Source: Candidatus Kuenenia stuttgartensis (lineage in GTDB: Bacteria > Planctomycetota > Brocadiia > Brocadiales > Brocadiaceae). Taken from it: 32,000 nucleotides of DNA. A model generated the notes under the pieces. The model was not told where the DNA came from, did no database searches, and was given only the letters and a program-made list of their open reading frames with translations. This document shows, in pieces, positions 1 to 10,229 of this stretch; position 1 is the stretch's first letter, and every line of letters starts with the position of its first letter. Where the stretch lies: the NCBI RefSeq assembly GCF_900232105.1, contig NZ_LT934425.1:2910001-2942000 (forward strand). Reading direction: 5' to 3'. The position numbers and the translations under genes are program-made.

Positions 1-782
1 TTGAAAACTTTACCTTCTTTAACACATTAGCCGGCTATGGCATTACTGACTATTTATCCCTCTATCTTGTGATGCCTTATGCTATTAAAGAACAAGACTC
101 CTTAGGCACATCGAAGGGGTTTGGTGATGCTGGATTTTTAGTACAATACGGTTTTAAGTACGGCGAGAGAAACGGGATTCGGGGTTTTTATAATAACGGC
201 CCGGAAGATACTATTGGAGAAAGTTACACGACTAATGATCTGAAAATGTCGGTTTTAGGGGGTTTTACTGTTCAGACCGGTGATATTACAAACGAAGATA
301 ATAATGGCAACAGGTTTGACATGGGCATGCAGACAGGTTTTGCCGCGCCAACGTTTATGACAGGTTTCTCCGCATCAAAAATGCTTTTTCAGCACTTTAC
401 TCTTACCGGGGAGACATCATTTACCACCTTTACCCGTCATGATGACGGTAAACCTGGAAATGAGATCCGTTTCAATCTGGCCGGAGGGTATGAAATATTT
501 GAAAATCCTCAGGGATTTTTCCAAAGGGTAGATATTATTACTGAATCAAACTTCCTCCATCTGACAAAAGATGAAGACGAACACCATCACGATGAAGATG
601 ACAGCGGGGGAACGATTCTGTATCTTTCACCTGGCTTTCGCGTTTCTCTTAAGAAAAATATCAGTATCGGAGGGCTTCTGAAATTTCCCGTATGGAAGGA
701 TTTGAACAGGGAATCGGAGCAACAGGGCGCTGAAGGACTTGAACACTATAGGGCAATTCTCACCGTGACATATTCTTTTTAA
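1..782 (+). CDS. Outer-membrane beta-barrel/transporter-like protein, partial at the left edge
   Basis: The frame of ORF 69..782 stays open back to base 3 (ENFTFFNTLAGYGITDYLSLYLVMPYAIKEQD...). Alternating strand-like repeats with a C-terminal aromatic residue (TVTYSF) are typical of outer-membrane barrels. Confidence 0.55.
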   Translation, partial: ENFTFFNTLAGYGITDYLSLYLVMPYAIKEQDSLGTSKGFGDAGFLVQYGFKYGERNGIRGFYNNGPEDTIGESYTTNDLKMSVLGGFTVQTGDITNEDNNGNRFDMGMQTGFAAPTFMTGFSASKMLFQHFTLTGETSFTTFTRHDDGKPGNEIRFNLAGGYEIFENPQGFFQRVDIITESNFLHLTKDEDEHHHDEDDSGGTILYLSPGFRVSLKKNISIGGLLKFPVWKDLNRESEQQGAEGLEHYRAILTVTYSF

Positions 783-852
783 GGACGCCAACCCTGGCAG
801 GGTTTTCTGGTCAATAATACCTTAAACCATTTATAGAGAAGGAGGAAAAATT

Positions 853-1422
853 ATGCTAAAAACACGAATATGGAAAAAGCAGATGATTGCAATACTTTTT
901 TGGGCTTGTTGTACATTTCTGTCTCATCAAAAATGCATATTTGCACATGAAGGCCATGACCACTGGAGTAATACCCCTATAACCATTAAAAGATCGACAG
1001 TAGTGCATTTGCAGTCGCTATTGGAATCATATGATCTTCTCTACAAAAAACTTATAGAGAAAGATATCCAAAATATTCCTGTATTGGCGCAAAATATTAT
1101 GGATGCTGCGCAACAGGGTGTTCAAACTGAAAATAAAGGTGAGGGGCGTTATATGATGGAACATATTTTTCAGCATGCGATATCTCTTAAAGAATGTGAA
1201 ACCCTGGAAAATGCAAAAGAATCTTTAGGGTTAATAAGCCGTGAACTGTTTCCGTTCTTTATTGCATGGCCAATGCAGCTTAAAGAAAACAAGTTAAGGC
1301 TTTATCATTGTAAAAATGATGAAAAATACTGGTTTCAGGCAGAAAATAGCGCTCCAAATTGCCCTTATGCTCACGATGAATTATCAACATGCATTATTAT
1401 TGAGGAAGTAGCGTATAAATGA
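853..1422 (+). CDS. Secreted/periplasmic hypothetical protein (His-rich AHEGHDHW after the signal peptide)
   Basis: 189-aa ORF preceded by AGAAGGAGGAA; hydrophobic N-terminus, no family recognised. Confidence 0.55.
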   Translation: MLKTRIWKKQMIAILFWACCTFLSHQKCIFAHEGHDHWSNTPITIKRSTVVHLQSLLESYDLLYKKLIEKDIQNIPVLAQNIMDAAQQGVQTENKGEGRYMMEHIFQHAISLKECETLENAKESLGLISRELFPFFIAWPMQLKENKLRLYHCKNDEKYWFQAENSAPNCPYAHDELSTCIIIEEVAYK

Positions 1423-1859
1423 ATTGAACGACCATCTTTGCTTTAGAAAAACATGACAGTCTTATGACACCGTGTGCCCATAATTGGTCACTGTTTATAT
1501 CAAGCCTTGCAGGATAGATGCGACTTTGTGTCTTAAGAAAAAAAACCGATGCGTGACCATTTATAGTCTTTCTGCGTTCTCATGTACTAATTGCATCTTT
1601 TTTGTGCTGTAATCGTAACATATTTAACAGTAGTAGCTTGTGCTTTCTTTGGTTGTGGTGGTCGTGTTGTTTTTTTCGAAATGGCGCACTTCTTGCTAAG
1701 TGTTGTTACATACAAAGTGTTTTGTTGTGTATTATTTTGCGCAGAATTTTTTACGGAAGGGGGGTGAATGTACGGACGCATTTAAGTGTAAAAGCAGAAA
1801 TTTTCGTGAGTTAGGATTGAGCAGATGTTATGAATTTTGAAGGAGGTAAGCGAAGAATT

Positions 1860-2993
1860 ATGATACGAAAGGGAATGATAGGAGCGGTGATGCTTGGAGC
1901 TGCGGTAGCGATAAGTGGCGGAGTAGCGACTGCGGGGTATATACAGGGTACGCATGTAAAGACGGATTTACCCGGGCCGTTTCACATAACGATGTCGCCG
2001 GATGGTAGTACGTTATTTATATCGAATCAATCTGGGCACAGTGTAACGTTTGTGGATGCAAGGACGCAGAAGGTAACGGGTGAGGTCGCTGTGAGGGTAC
2101 AGCCTGAGGCTTCAGCGGTTACGCCTGACGGGGCATTTTTGTATGTATGTAATGCAGAGAGCGACAGTGTATCGGTAGTGGACATACAGAGGAAGCAGGA
2201 GATCAAGGAGATAAAGGTAGGTGACTGGCCGAGCGGGATCAAGATTTCGCCTGATGGCAAGACTGCCTATGTTGCATGTTCCGGTTGCATGTGGAACGCG
2301 ATTGATGTAATTGATACGGGGAGGATGGAGAAGGTAAGGTCGATATATACTTCAGATTACGGTCCCAGGATGGTGGAGATATCTCCTGATGGGAAGACCC
2401 TTGTTGCGATACTTGACACGGTAGGATCGATCAACCGGAGCGTTGATTTTATTGACATTGCCAGTGGCAGGGTAGTAGAGAACAGGGTAATCCATGAGAG
2501 TTCCAACCTGAGGGATGTTGTATATACGCCGGATGGTAAATACATAGCTGTAACCCACCAGACGCCGAAGAACTGGTTGCCGGTATGTGAAGCGGAGAAT
2601 GGTCAGGTATTTACGAACAACGTAACAATCATAGAGACCAAGGCCGGTGGTAAGGTAGCGAGATTACCGTTGGACGATCTCAACAATTACGATGGCAATC
2701 CGTATGGTATGGCGATGGACCCTAAGGGCAAGTATTTGTACATTGGGGTAAGAGGGATGCATCGTGTAACGATACTGGATATGGATAAGGTATTGGGTCT
2801 GGTGAGGAGCAGCACGCAGGAGGAGCTTGATTATCTGAGGGACGACCTTGGGTTGGTAAGAGATTATCTTGTTGCCAGGGTTCCTACGGGTCTGGGGCCA
2901 AGTTCGGTATGTTTATCACCTGACGGCAAATTTTGTTATGCGGCCAACTATTTTTCCAACAATGTAACCGTGATAAGGACTGCGGTTGATTAA
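1860..2993 (+). CDS. hzsB: Hydrazine synthase beta subunit (seven-bladed YncE-like beta-propeller, kuste2859-like)
   Basis: Signal peptide MIRKGMIGAVMLGAAVAISGG; repeated ISPDGKT/VSPDG propeller blades; followed by a diheme protein and an 809-aa CXXCH protein in the order known for anammox hydrazine synthase. The hzsB/hzsC symbols are swapped in some literature. Confidence 0.88.
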   Translation: MIRKGMIGAVMLGAAVAISGGVATAGYIQGTHVKTDLPGPFHITMSPDGSTLFISNQSGHSVTFVDARTQKVTGEVAVRVQPEASAVTPDGAFLYVCNAESDSVSVVDIQRKQEIKEIKVGDWPSGIKISPDGKTAYVACSGCMWNAIDVIDTGRMEKVRSIYTSDYGPRMVEISPDGKTLVAILDTVGSINRSVDFIDIASGRVVENRVIHESSNLRDVVYTPDGKYIAVTHQTPKNWLPVCEAENGQVFTNNVTIIETKAGGKVARLPLDDLNNYDGNPYGMAMDPKGKYLYIGVRGMHRVTILDMDKVLGLVRSSTQEELDYLRDDLGLVRDYLVARVPTGLGPSSVCLSPDGKFCYAANYFSNNVTVIRTAVD

Positions 2994-3071
2994 GGATTGT
3001 ATGGAGTGTGAGAGTTATTTATTTTTGGAAAACAAATGGCAAGAGAAATGAGATTAGGAGGAAAAGAAAGA

Positions 3072-4097
3072 ATGAAGACAGGAGTAGTGAAAATAGGATT
3101 AGTTGCGGCCCTGGGGGTAGTGGGGCTGATATCGGCGGGCGGCGTATATGCCGGTCAGCCGCGGGTAATTTCCACGATCCAGACGGGAGCTACGTGGGAA
3201 CCGCTGGGAAGGGAAGAACCTTTGACGGTGCCGGAAGTGCATTTTCGTGTAAAGCATTCACCTTTTAAGAGTGAGCTGGTAAGATACGGGCAGTTCCAGT
3301 TTAACGATGCAGCGTGGAGTTTGCAGGGATCATACTCATGCGCCAGTTGTCATTATGAGAGAGGCCAGACAACCGGTTTGATTTGGGATTTGGGAGATGA
3401 AGGATGGGGTAGCTGGAAGAACACGAAGTATATTCGTGGCGGCCGATATCTTCCTCCGTTCAGGCATGAGGGGTTCACTGGTCATCCTGATGAAATAGTA
3501 GGGGCAACCAGTTCACTTGACAGGGTATGTGGAAGGGATCCTGGATTTGTGTTCAGGAGTGAGAATTTTTCTCCGATGAGATTAGAGGCGCTCATTTGTT
3601 ACATCAGGGCGTTGGAATTTACCGGGAGTCCATTCAGGAATGCGGATGGGAGTTTAACCGAAGCCCAGAAGAGGGGTCAGAAGATATTTGAGGATCCGAA
3701 GGTAGGATGTCTTGAGTGTCATCCTGGCGATCCGATGGATCCGAGGGCATTGTTCAGTGATGCACAGACGCATGATGTAGGAACCGGCAGGGTAGGTGTA
3801 AATGGTTTCAGGTCAACACCTGGGAAGGTATTTAACATATCGGCGTTAGAGGCAGGTGAGGATCCATATGGTGTTGAGAGCAACACGCCGATCATTGGAT
3901 TGGATCTTGTGAAGGAATTTGATACGCCGACATTGAGAGACATCTATGCATCAGGCACCTATTTCCATGATGGTGGTGCAAGGACATTGATGGACACCAT
4001 AAACAACACGGTAAATGATAAGGACATGCATGGAAGGACGTCTCATTTAAAGCAGCAGGAGCTCCAGGATTTGGTGGAGTACCTGAAGGCGTTATAA
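3072..4097 (+). CDS. hzsC: Hydrazine synthase gamma subunit (diheme, CCP/MauG-like, kuste2860-like)
   Basis: Two CXXCH motifs (CASCHYERG, CLECHPGD); MauG/CCP-like TPTLRDIYASGTYFHDGGARTL; signal peptide; middle of the hzs cluster. ATG at 3072 rather than the longer open frame from 3036. Confidence 0.88.
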   Translation: MKTGVVKIGLVAALGVVGLISAGGVYAGQPRVISTIQTGATWEPLGREEPLTVPEVHFRVKHSPFKSELVRYGQFQFNDAAWSLQGSYSCASCHYERGQTTGLIWDLGDEGWGSWKNTKYIRGGRYLPPFRHEGFTGHPDEIVGATSSLDRVCGRDPGFVFRSENFSPMRLEALICYIRALEFTGSPFRNADGSLTEAQKRGQKIFEDPKVGCLECHPGDPMDPRALFSDAQTHDVGTGRVGVNGFRSTPGKVFNISALEAGEDPYGVESNTPIIGLDLVKEFDTPTLRDIYASGTYFHDGGARTLMDTINNTVNDKDMHGRTSHLKQQELQDLVEYLKAL

Positions 4098-4170
4098 GAG
4101 AGAAGTGTATGAATGTGTAGTATAAGCGATAAAAATTTAAGGACAATAAGTGAAAGGAGAAGGCCAATAG

Positions 4171-6600
4171 ATGGGTAAGAGGAAATTAGGAGTGATAGCA
4201 TCGGCGTTTGTAGCGGGTGCGTTGGTCTGTGGGAGTACCCTTGTGAATGCTGAGCCTGTAATGACAGGCGGCCCGGTGCAGGGGAAGGCCTTATGGACTG
4301 ATTATAGTGGGATGTCAAAAGAGGTGCAGGGTCCTGTGAGTCAGATATTGTTTACGCAGTCGCCGAGGACAGCCAAAGGGGATCCGTACCAGAACTATCC
4401 GCACTATATACCGGAAGGAAGCCGGATAGTGTTATTTGATTTAAACACAAAGGAATTGAAGGTATTGACCAATGATTTTGCAACAGCCTTTGATCCATGC
4501 ACCTATTGGGACGGCAAGAAATTTGCGTTTGCCGGGGTACACAAGAAAGGCGGCGGGTGCCAGATATGGGAAATGAACATAGATGGCAGTGGTTTAAGGC
4601 AGATGACTGATCTTAAGGGAACCTGCCGTTCACCGATTTATTATGCAGCGGGAAGTATTGAAGAAGGCGAAGGCCGTATCATATGGCGTGACCGGTATTT
4701 TGAAGGGGACTGGAAAGAGCATGGCATGGTAGAGAAGACGGGCATGATAATATTTTCAGGTTCACCGGAAGGCGTAATGGATGAGTTCCACAATCCATAT
4801 GCGTATAATCTTTACCGTTTGGATACGCAGGGCGGTAAGATCATACAGAGAATCACCGGACACGTGCTATCTGGCATAGAGTTTCCGCACCTCAATACCA
4901 CGATAGACCAGATCACCTACAATTTAAGTTCCAACTTTGATCCATGGTTAACTCCTGACGGAAACATCCTTTTCTCAAGCGTGCAGGCAAATGGCAGCAG
5001 GGCTGGCGGAGAAGGCAGGGTGATGATTTGTGTGGACAACTGGGATGGTGCGTATCCAAGGCCTATCTATGGAAACTGTGATGGGGAAATCGGTGGCACC
5101 AGCGGAAGGTCTCAGGCGAAGATCACCTTTGGAGACAGGAAGATTGTCTATGTTGAGTCTCCGTACATGAATTGGGGCGTAGGTCAGTTGGCAGCGGTGA
5201 GCTGGGATGCTCCGTTCAACAAGACGTATGAGAAGTTGACAGGAAAAGATGGTGGATTGTACAGGAGTCCATATCCGCTTCCGGACGACAGGATGTTGGT
5301 ATCCTATGCAGAAAGAGGGGATTTTGGCATATACTGGTTTAATTTTAGCAAATGTGCTGCAGGGGACAAGGTATATGATGATCCTAACTGGAATGATCAC
5401 CAGCCTGCGCCGGTTTATGTGAAGTACAAGCCAAGGTGGATTAACACCTTTACCGCCGGTAAGAACTTTGGTGTAACGGTCGTAACGTATCAGCCGTTTG
5501 ATCAGGTGAAGGTGGAAGGATATCCGCATTCATGGGGAACATGGATATGCTTTGATACGACATTGTCGGATCAGCCTGTAGGTCCTTATCCGCATCAGAA
5601 GGCAAAAAACGTAAGCCATGGAGATATCAAGGCAGTAAGAATCATCCAGGGATATCAGTGTGTAGAACCGGATTCAACCCGTTTCAGGGTAGGAGCTGGA
5701 GCACATCTTCTTGGTGGAGAGAGATCAAGCAGCAATTCAGGTACAGCATTTCAGCAGAGGGGTATCATCGGGTATCAATATGTAGAGAGCGATGGTTCAA
5801 CAGTTACATCCCAGCTTTCAGATGTTCCTTATTACATGCAGATATTGGATGATAAGGGTATGTCTGTACAGACTGCTTTAACCTGGGCATATTTGAGGCC
5901 ATATCATGGCAGGATTTGTAGTGGATGTCACTATGGATCATATCGTGGAAGGGCGTTCAAGAACATCCATGCAAAGGCGTTGTACAACTGGTGGTATGAT
6001 GACAGAAGCCACTATGATTCACCATTTGCGTTCAGGTATTTGAAGTTTGACAACGATGGGAATTACAAGGGCGTAAAACATGGAGAGGATGTAGTAGTAC
6101 CATCTGACATTTACTATGGTGGTCCATCCGGAACGACATCACAGCCGGTGGAAGGATTGACGCTGGATAAGCAGAGGACGGTGGATTTCCGCAGGGACAT
6201 TCAGCCGATACTTGATGCGAAGTGTGCGATGTGTCATGATTCGAACAATCCTCCGAACCTTGGTGGCGGATTGGAATTGGTAAGTGTAGATGGTATAGCA
6301 GCATACAGTCGTGCATACAACAGCTTGCTTGAGCCGCAGAGGGGGAAAGACCCGAACATTGGCGGAAAATATGTTAATCCGTCAGCAGCGATCAACAGTT
6401 TGTTGGTATGGAGGTTGTATGAAGCTGAGTTAAGCGCGAATGCTCCCAGGGAGAAGATATTCCCGATAGAGGGTCGTTTATTGCACAATAAATTCCTTAC
6501 TCAGGATGAGAGATATGCGATAGTAGAGTGGATAGACCTGGGTGCGCAGTGGGATAACATTCCGGGACCAGATTTTTATCCTGGATATCTTGTAAAATAA
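4171..6600 (+). CDS. hzsA: Hydrazine synthase alpha subunit (kuste2861-like)
   Basis: 809 aa, signal peptide, heme motifs CSGCH (RICSGCHYGSYR) and CAMCH (DAKCAMCHDSNN), propeller-like domain; third gene of the cluster. Confidence 0.9.
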   Translation: MGKRKLGVIASAFVAGALVCGSTLVNAEPVMTGGPVQGKALWTDYSGMSKEVQGPVSQILFTQSPRTAKGDPYQNYPHYIPEGSRIVLFDLNTKELKVLTNDFATAFDPCTYWDGKKFAFAGVHKKGGGCQIWEMNIDGSGLRQMTDLKGTCRSPIYYAAGSIEEGEGRIIWRDRYFEGDWKEHGMVEKTGMIIFSGSPEGVMDEFHNPYAYNLYRLDTQGGKIIQRITGHVLSGIEFPHLNTTIDQITYNLSSNFDPWLTPDGNILFSSVQANGSRAGGEGRVMICVDNWDGAYPRPIYGNCDGEIGGTSGRSQAKITFGDRKIVYVESPYMNWGVGQLAAVSWDAPFNKTYEKLTGKDGGLYRSPYPLPDDRMLVSYAERGDFGIYWFNFSKCAAGDKVYDDPNWNDHQPAPVYVKYKPRWINTFTAGKNFGVTVVTYQPFDQVKVEGYPHSWGTWICFDTTLSDQPVGPYPHQKAKNVSHGDIKAVRIIQGYQCVEPDSTRFRVGAGAHLLGGERSSSNSGTAFQQRGIIGYQYVESDGSTVTSQLSDVPYYMQILDDKGMSVQTALTWAYLRPYHGRICSGCHYGSYRGRAFKNIHAKALYNWWYDDRSHYDSPFAFRYLKFDNDGNYKGVKHGEDVVVPSDIYYGGPSGTTSQPVEGLTLDKQRTVDFRRDIQPILDAKCAMCHDSNNPPNLGGGLELVSVDGIAAYSRAYNSLLEPQRGKDPNIGGKYVNPSAAINSLLVWRLYEAELSANAPREKIFPIEGRLLHNKFLTQDERYAIVEWIDLGAQWDNIPGPDFYPGYLVK

Positions 6601-6659
6601 GAGAGGTTATTAACAGCATTTTATATAGTTGTGGTAAGTAGTAAGAGGTAAAACAAGCG

Positions 6660-6700
6660 AAGAGCCGGGGAAAAGTGGCAAAACCACGTCCCGGCTCTTT
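6660..6700 (+). terminator. Probable terminator hairpin downstream of hzsA
   Basis: aagagccggg ... cccggctcttt inverted repeat with inner gtgg/ccac pairing, about 60 nt after the hzsA stop. Confidence 0.6.
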
Positions 6701-6759
6701 GTGCTTCCAGAGAGATTTGCATGTTTACCGAATAAGCATGAAGCACAAAATATGATATG

Positions 6760-7743
6760 TTATGACGGTTTCTTTTTCCTCACCTGATTGGCAAAATTGA
6801 TGCATTTAATACCTTTTGGCCTCCATGCCGGAGAAATGACGCCTTTATGGTGGTAACGATTCATCAGCGTGCCAGATGTGATACTGAATTCCCCATAACG
6901 GTTGTTTATCTCGTCCATAACACGCACAACTTTTTGCTTTGTCCTTTCTGCCGGGAAAAGGGGTATTTGTGTATAATCCTTGTGCAGGTTGCTTAAGCAT
7001 ACTCCTAGTAACCGTATCGGATGGCAAGGTCTGGTAGCATTCAATATATCACAGGCAACGAGATAAATATTTAATCCGTCATTTATTGGCGTTCCAATGG
7101 TTTTACTTTTGGTAAGGGTGCTGAAATCCGAATAGCGGATGGTGAGGGTTACCGTTCTGCCGGAATACCCCCCTTTACGCATTCTCCGGCCAACCATTTC
7201 TGACAATTGAAGAATCATTCTTTCAATGGTTTCCTTATCGAGGATGTCTTTTTCAAGGGTCATGCTGTGGCCTACCGATTTTGCGTCAGATTCTTTTTCT
7301 GACGGTATTACGGGACTATCATCAATCCCCTGCGCTATAAGTACCAAGCGTTCGCCGATAATGCCGAATGTGTGTTTTAACTGCGTTACCTGTGCCCGCC
7401 CGAGTTCTCCGCATGTGGTGATTCCAATAGCGGCCAGGTGTTTTGCCAGTTTTGGACCGATTCCCCAGAGTTCCTGTACCGGCAAGTTTTCCAGCAATGA
7501 ACGGATGTCTTTTTCTTCTATAATAAAAAGTCCGTCGGGTTTTTTCATATCGCTGCCAAGTTTTGCCAGGAGTTTGTTTGGGGCAATGCCGATGGAGCAG
7601 GTCAATCTTCCAAGGTGTTTGTGGATATCCTGTTTTATTTTCTTTGCAATATGCTCTATGCTATTAAAAAGAGGAATAGAACCGGCAATATCAAGGAATA
7701 CCTCGTCGACAGAATATACTTCAATAGCGGGGGTGTAGCGCGA
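6760..7743 (-). CDS. dinB: DNA polymerase IV (Y-family), 3' exon, downstream of the group II intron
   Basis: SRYTPAIEVYSVDEVFLDI...CSIGIAPNKLLAKLGSDMKKPDG...LWGIGPKLAKHL is Y-family polymerase sequence; it joins in frame with the 5' exon at 9772..10065. Confidence 0.9.
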   Translation of the reverse strand, partial: SRYTPAIEVYSVDEVFLDIAGSIPLFNSIEHIAKKIKQDIHKHLGRLTCSIGIAPNKLLAKLGSDMKKPDGLFIIEEKDIRSLLENLPVQELWGIGPKLAKHLAAIGITTCGELGRAQVTQLKHTFGIIGERLVLIAQGIDDSPVIPSEKESDAKSVGHSMTLEKDILDKETIERMILQLSEMVGRRMRKGGYSGRTVTLTIRYSDFSTLTKSKTIGTPINDGLNIYLVACDILNATRPCHPIRLLGVCLSNLHKDYTQIPLFPAERTKQKVVRVMDEINNRYGEFSITSGTLMNRYHHKGVISPAWRPKGIKCINFANQVRKKKPS

Positions 7744-7893
7744 ATAGCTGGTAGGCTGGAGGCCATTAGCCTCCAACCCCCACTCGTCGCCAGATACTTT
7801 GGACAACGTGACAAAGCATCCTTTTTAAACCATACGTCTTTCTCGTAGTCAGCGACCCCGAAGTGTTGCTCTATAACAGAGAAAAGTCAAACA

Positions 7894-9084
7894 TCATGCT
7901 TTAGCACACGCCTTAAGAAATTCTCTTTCGAATGAGAGTAACCCCATTTTAAAGAATCGGTGAACAGGGAAACGCTTGTTGTCTGTTCTCCATTTTCTTG
8001 AGAACTTGAAACATCTCAGTCTCATGCGTACCCAACAGTCTAATGAGCGATATACCTTTTGTACATTGCCCAGCCGAAAATAGTTGACATGCCCACGAAT
8101 TACGGGGTTTAATGTATCAACGATGGCTTGCAGATTGACGCCCTGTGTACGTCTGGTGATGTCTCTGATGTTGTTCCTTCGGCAGGCTCAGGACAGGCTC
8201 TTGAGTTTGTTCAGTGATTTCGTGCTTATACCCTTATACTTGCCCTTGGAATCGTATCCGAGAAACCTGAAACCTCTTTCGAAGTTGGCGAGCTTGGTTT
8301 TATCCTCGCTCAGCTTCATTCCAAGTTTCCCTGCAATGATTTCTTTGACATAGCTGAGGGCGGCTGGGAGTTCATCTTTTGTTTTAGTCATGACAACGAA
8401 ATCATCGGCGTATCGGACAAACTTATATCCAGCCTTTTCAAGTTCCTTGTCGATGATGTCACCGATAAGGTTTGCAAGCAAAGGGGAAATGACGCCTCCT
8501 TGCGGAGTGCCTTTGTTTGTCTCGTGCACGATGCCGTCCTCCATGACCCCTGCTTTGAGCATGTTCTCAATACTGTTCAAAACCCATCCATCAGCGATTT
8601 TCTCACGTAAGGAGTCCATAATAAGCTTATGGGGTATGGTGTCATAGAATGCCATTATATCGGCATCAAGGACGCTGGTATACCCTTCCTGCTTATACTG
8701 TTCAAGCCGTTTGATAGCATCGTGACAGCATCTGTCAGGGCGAAATCCAAAGCTGTTATCTGAGAATCCTTTCTCAAATATTGGCTCTATGATTTGCCTG
8801 AACGCCTGCTGTACAATCCTGTCCTTAACAATGGGAATGCCAAGAGGTCTCTTGTCATGCCTGCCTTTGGGGATGTATACCCGCAGGACAGGCGCAGGGT
8901 TGTATATGGCAGTCTTGAGTTCCTGATGGATACTCATGATATTCACATCAAGATTGGACTCAAATTGCTTAATACTTACCCTGTCAAGACCAGCTTTGCC
9001 TTTATTCTTCTTTACGTGTTTGAAAGCAGCATAAAGGTTTTTCAGACTAAACACCTTGTCTCTTAATGAATGATACTTAAGCAT
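7894..9084 (-). pseudogene. ltrA-like: Group II intron reverse transcriptase/maturase interrupted by an in-frame TGA at 8188-8190
   Basis: N-terminal 298 aa has RT motifs (IPKGRHDKRPLGIPIVKDRIVQQA, GFRPDRCCHDAI, GTPQGGVISPLLANL, FVRYADDFVV). After the TGA the same frame continues with ACRRNNIRDITRRTQGVNLQAIVDTLNPVIRGHVNYFRLGNVQKVYRSLDCWVRMRLRCFKFSRKWR, the usual maturase region. Confidence 0.85.
8176..8200. repeat. Short dispersed-type repeat CCTTCGGCAGGCTCAGGACAGGCTC inside the RT gene
   Basis: Exact string read in the sequence; its translation on the + strand gives the frequently seen LRQAQDRL peptide. The - strand reading contains the in-frame TGA. Confidence 0.65.
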
Positions 9085-9771
9085 CTCTCGATATATTCCT
9101 TTCGATTGATTACGGATAATAGACTTGTCAATCGTGTTTCCTGGGTACGGATTCTCCCAAACATAGGCAAAACAAGAGAGGCTCTTGTTACTGCTTACCT
9201 ACGCAAAAGAGTTTCTTTTCTCATTGAACGTATTCAATCTACCACTTTCATCAATTCCACTACGGTTATGCCCCTTTCATTTCCGATTCACACCGGAAAC
9301 TATTATGAGCAATGCTGACGACTTCAAAGATAGACTTGTGAGAGAAGCTTGTCTATCACCATCTCATACAGCTCGGACTTCGGAATTTCCTTATACCTTG
9401 CTGTTAGGGAATTTTGCCCAAGGCGTAAGTCCTCCCCCGGTCATATGGATTACCCCTTTTCCCTTCGTGATGTATGTTCAAACGCATTAACCAGAGATGG
9501 TTTTACTTAATCTGTTTATCCATCTCCAACAAAGGACATTGTCAGTGCTTCGCTGAGAAATGGCAGTTGGCACGGAATAACACGCCACACTCATACACCC
9601 CAAAAGGTCGTCTGTACCTCGTAACTCCGTCATACCCCTCACGGGTATATGCTATCTTTCTACGCATACGGATTGCTCCATTGTGTGCGCATAGGCACAA
9701 ACTTCTCTACGAGGATTAGGCTCGCAGAGGTGGTATTTTCAACCACTCAGGTATTCCATACTTCAAGGCAC

Positions 9772-10065
9772 ACATATCTCTACAAGCCTGCGACAGGTAT
9801 CTGTATAGCGGCCGGTATTACCTTCCACCAATATAATATGAGGACACAGCCGCTTCGCCTCATATTTAGTCATACCCGTTTTGACGCCGTATTCCCGTGC
9901 TTCATAAGAAGACGTGGTAACGACCGTTCTTTCATTGGAACCGACCACCGCAATGGGTTTTCCCCGCAAGGATGGGTTTATCTGCTGCTCAACGGAGGCA
10001 AAGAAGGCATCCATGTCGATATGCATAATGGTTCTTTGTGAGCCATTGACTTGTGAGGGTTTCAC
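9772..10065 (-). CDS. dinB: DNA polymerase IV, 5' exon
   Basis: MHIDMDAFFASVEQQINPSLRGKPIAVVG...VVTTSSYEAREYGVKTGMTKYEAKRLCP is the N-terminus of a Y-family polymerase. The track ORF starts at GTG 10065; an internal ATG lies at 10026. Confidence 0.9.
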
Positions 10066-10229
10066 CTGAAAATACTCATGGAAACCCTTATGGCAACGCT
10101 TTCGTACCTTATCAGCAATTTCTTTGCATTTTTAAACAAAATATTTAATCGTGAAATCCAAAACAAATCCAAAACATCCAACAATGCGAAGCACGAAATA
10201 CGAAAAATACGCTCGTTTAGCATTTCAAA

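Larger units (their letters stand above)
7744..9771 (-). mobile_element. Group II intron inserted in dinB (boundaries inferred from exon joining)
   Basis: Minus-strand 5' end GTGCCTTGAAG..., 3' end ...CCTACCAGCTAT. Removing 7744-9771 joins ...CRRLVEIC with SRYTPAIEVYSVDEVF in frame (98 + 328 codons). The interior encodes a group II intron-type reverse transcriptase. Domain V was not confidently located. Confidence 0.8.

Noticed and set aside
1587-1814. Short overlapping ORFs on both strands between 1587 and 1814
   Set aside because: No motif or convincing ribosome binding site; probably hydrazine synthase upstream region.
4975-5529. 184-aa minus-strand ORF inside hzsA
   Set aside because: Antisense shadow of a strongly supported coding gene; low-complexity Ile/Arg-rich translation with no recognisable motif.
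7800-7893. Candidate group II domain V near the intron 3' end (gagcaacacttcggggtcgctgactacgagaaagacgtatggttt)
   Set aside because: It shares only a vague resemblance with the canonical 34-nt domain V and does not pair well by eye; RNA folding or a Rfam search is needed before calling it.
7226-8647. + strand ORFs opposite dinB and the intron RT (7226-7738, 8084-8353, 8390-8647)
   Set aside because: Antisense shadows; the LRQAQDRL peptide in 8084-8353 is only the translation of the short repeat.
9070-10041. Several + strand ORFs (9070-9318, 9185-9490, 9474-9719, 9649-10041)
   Set aside because: They are antisense to the non-coding part of the group II intron and to the dinB 5' exon; no family resemblance and mutually overlapping frames.
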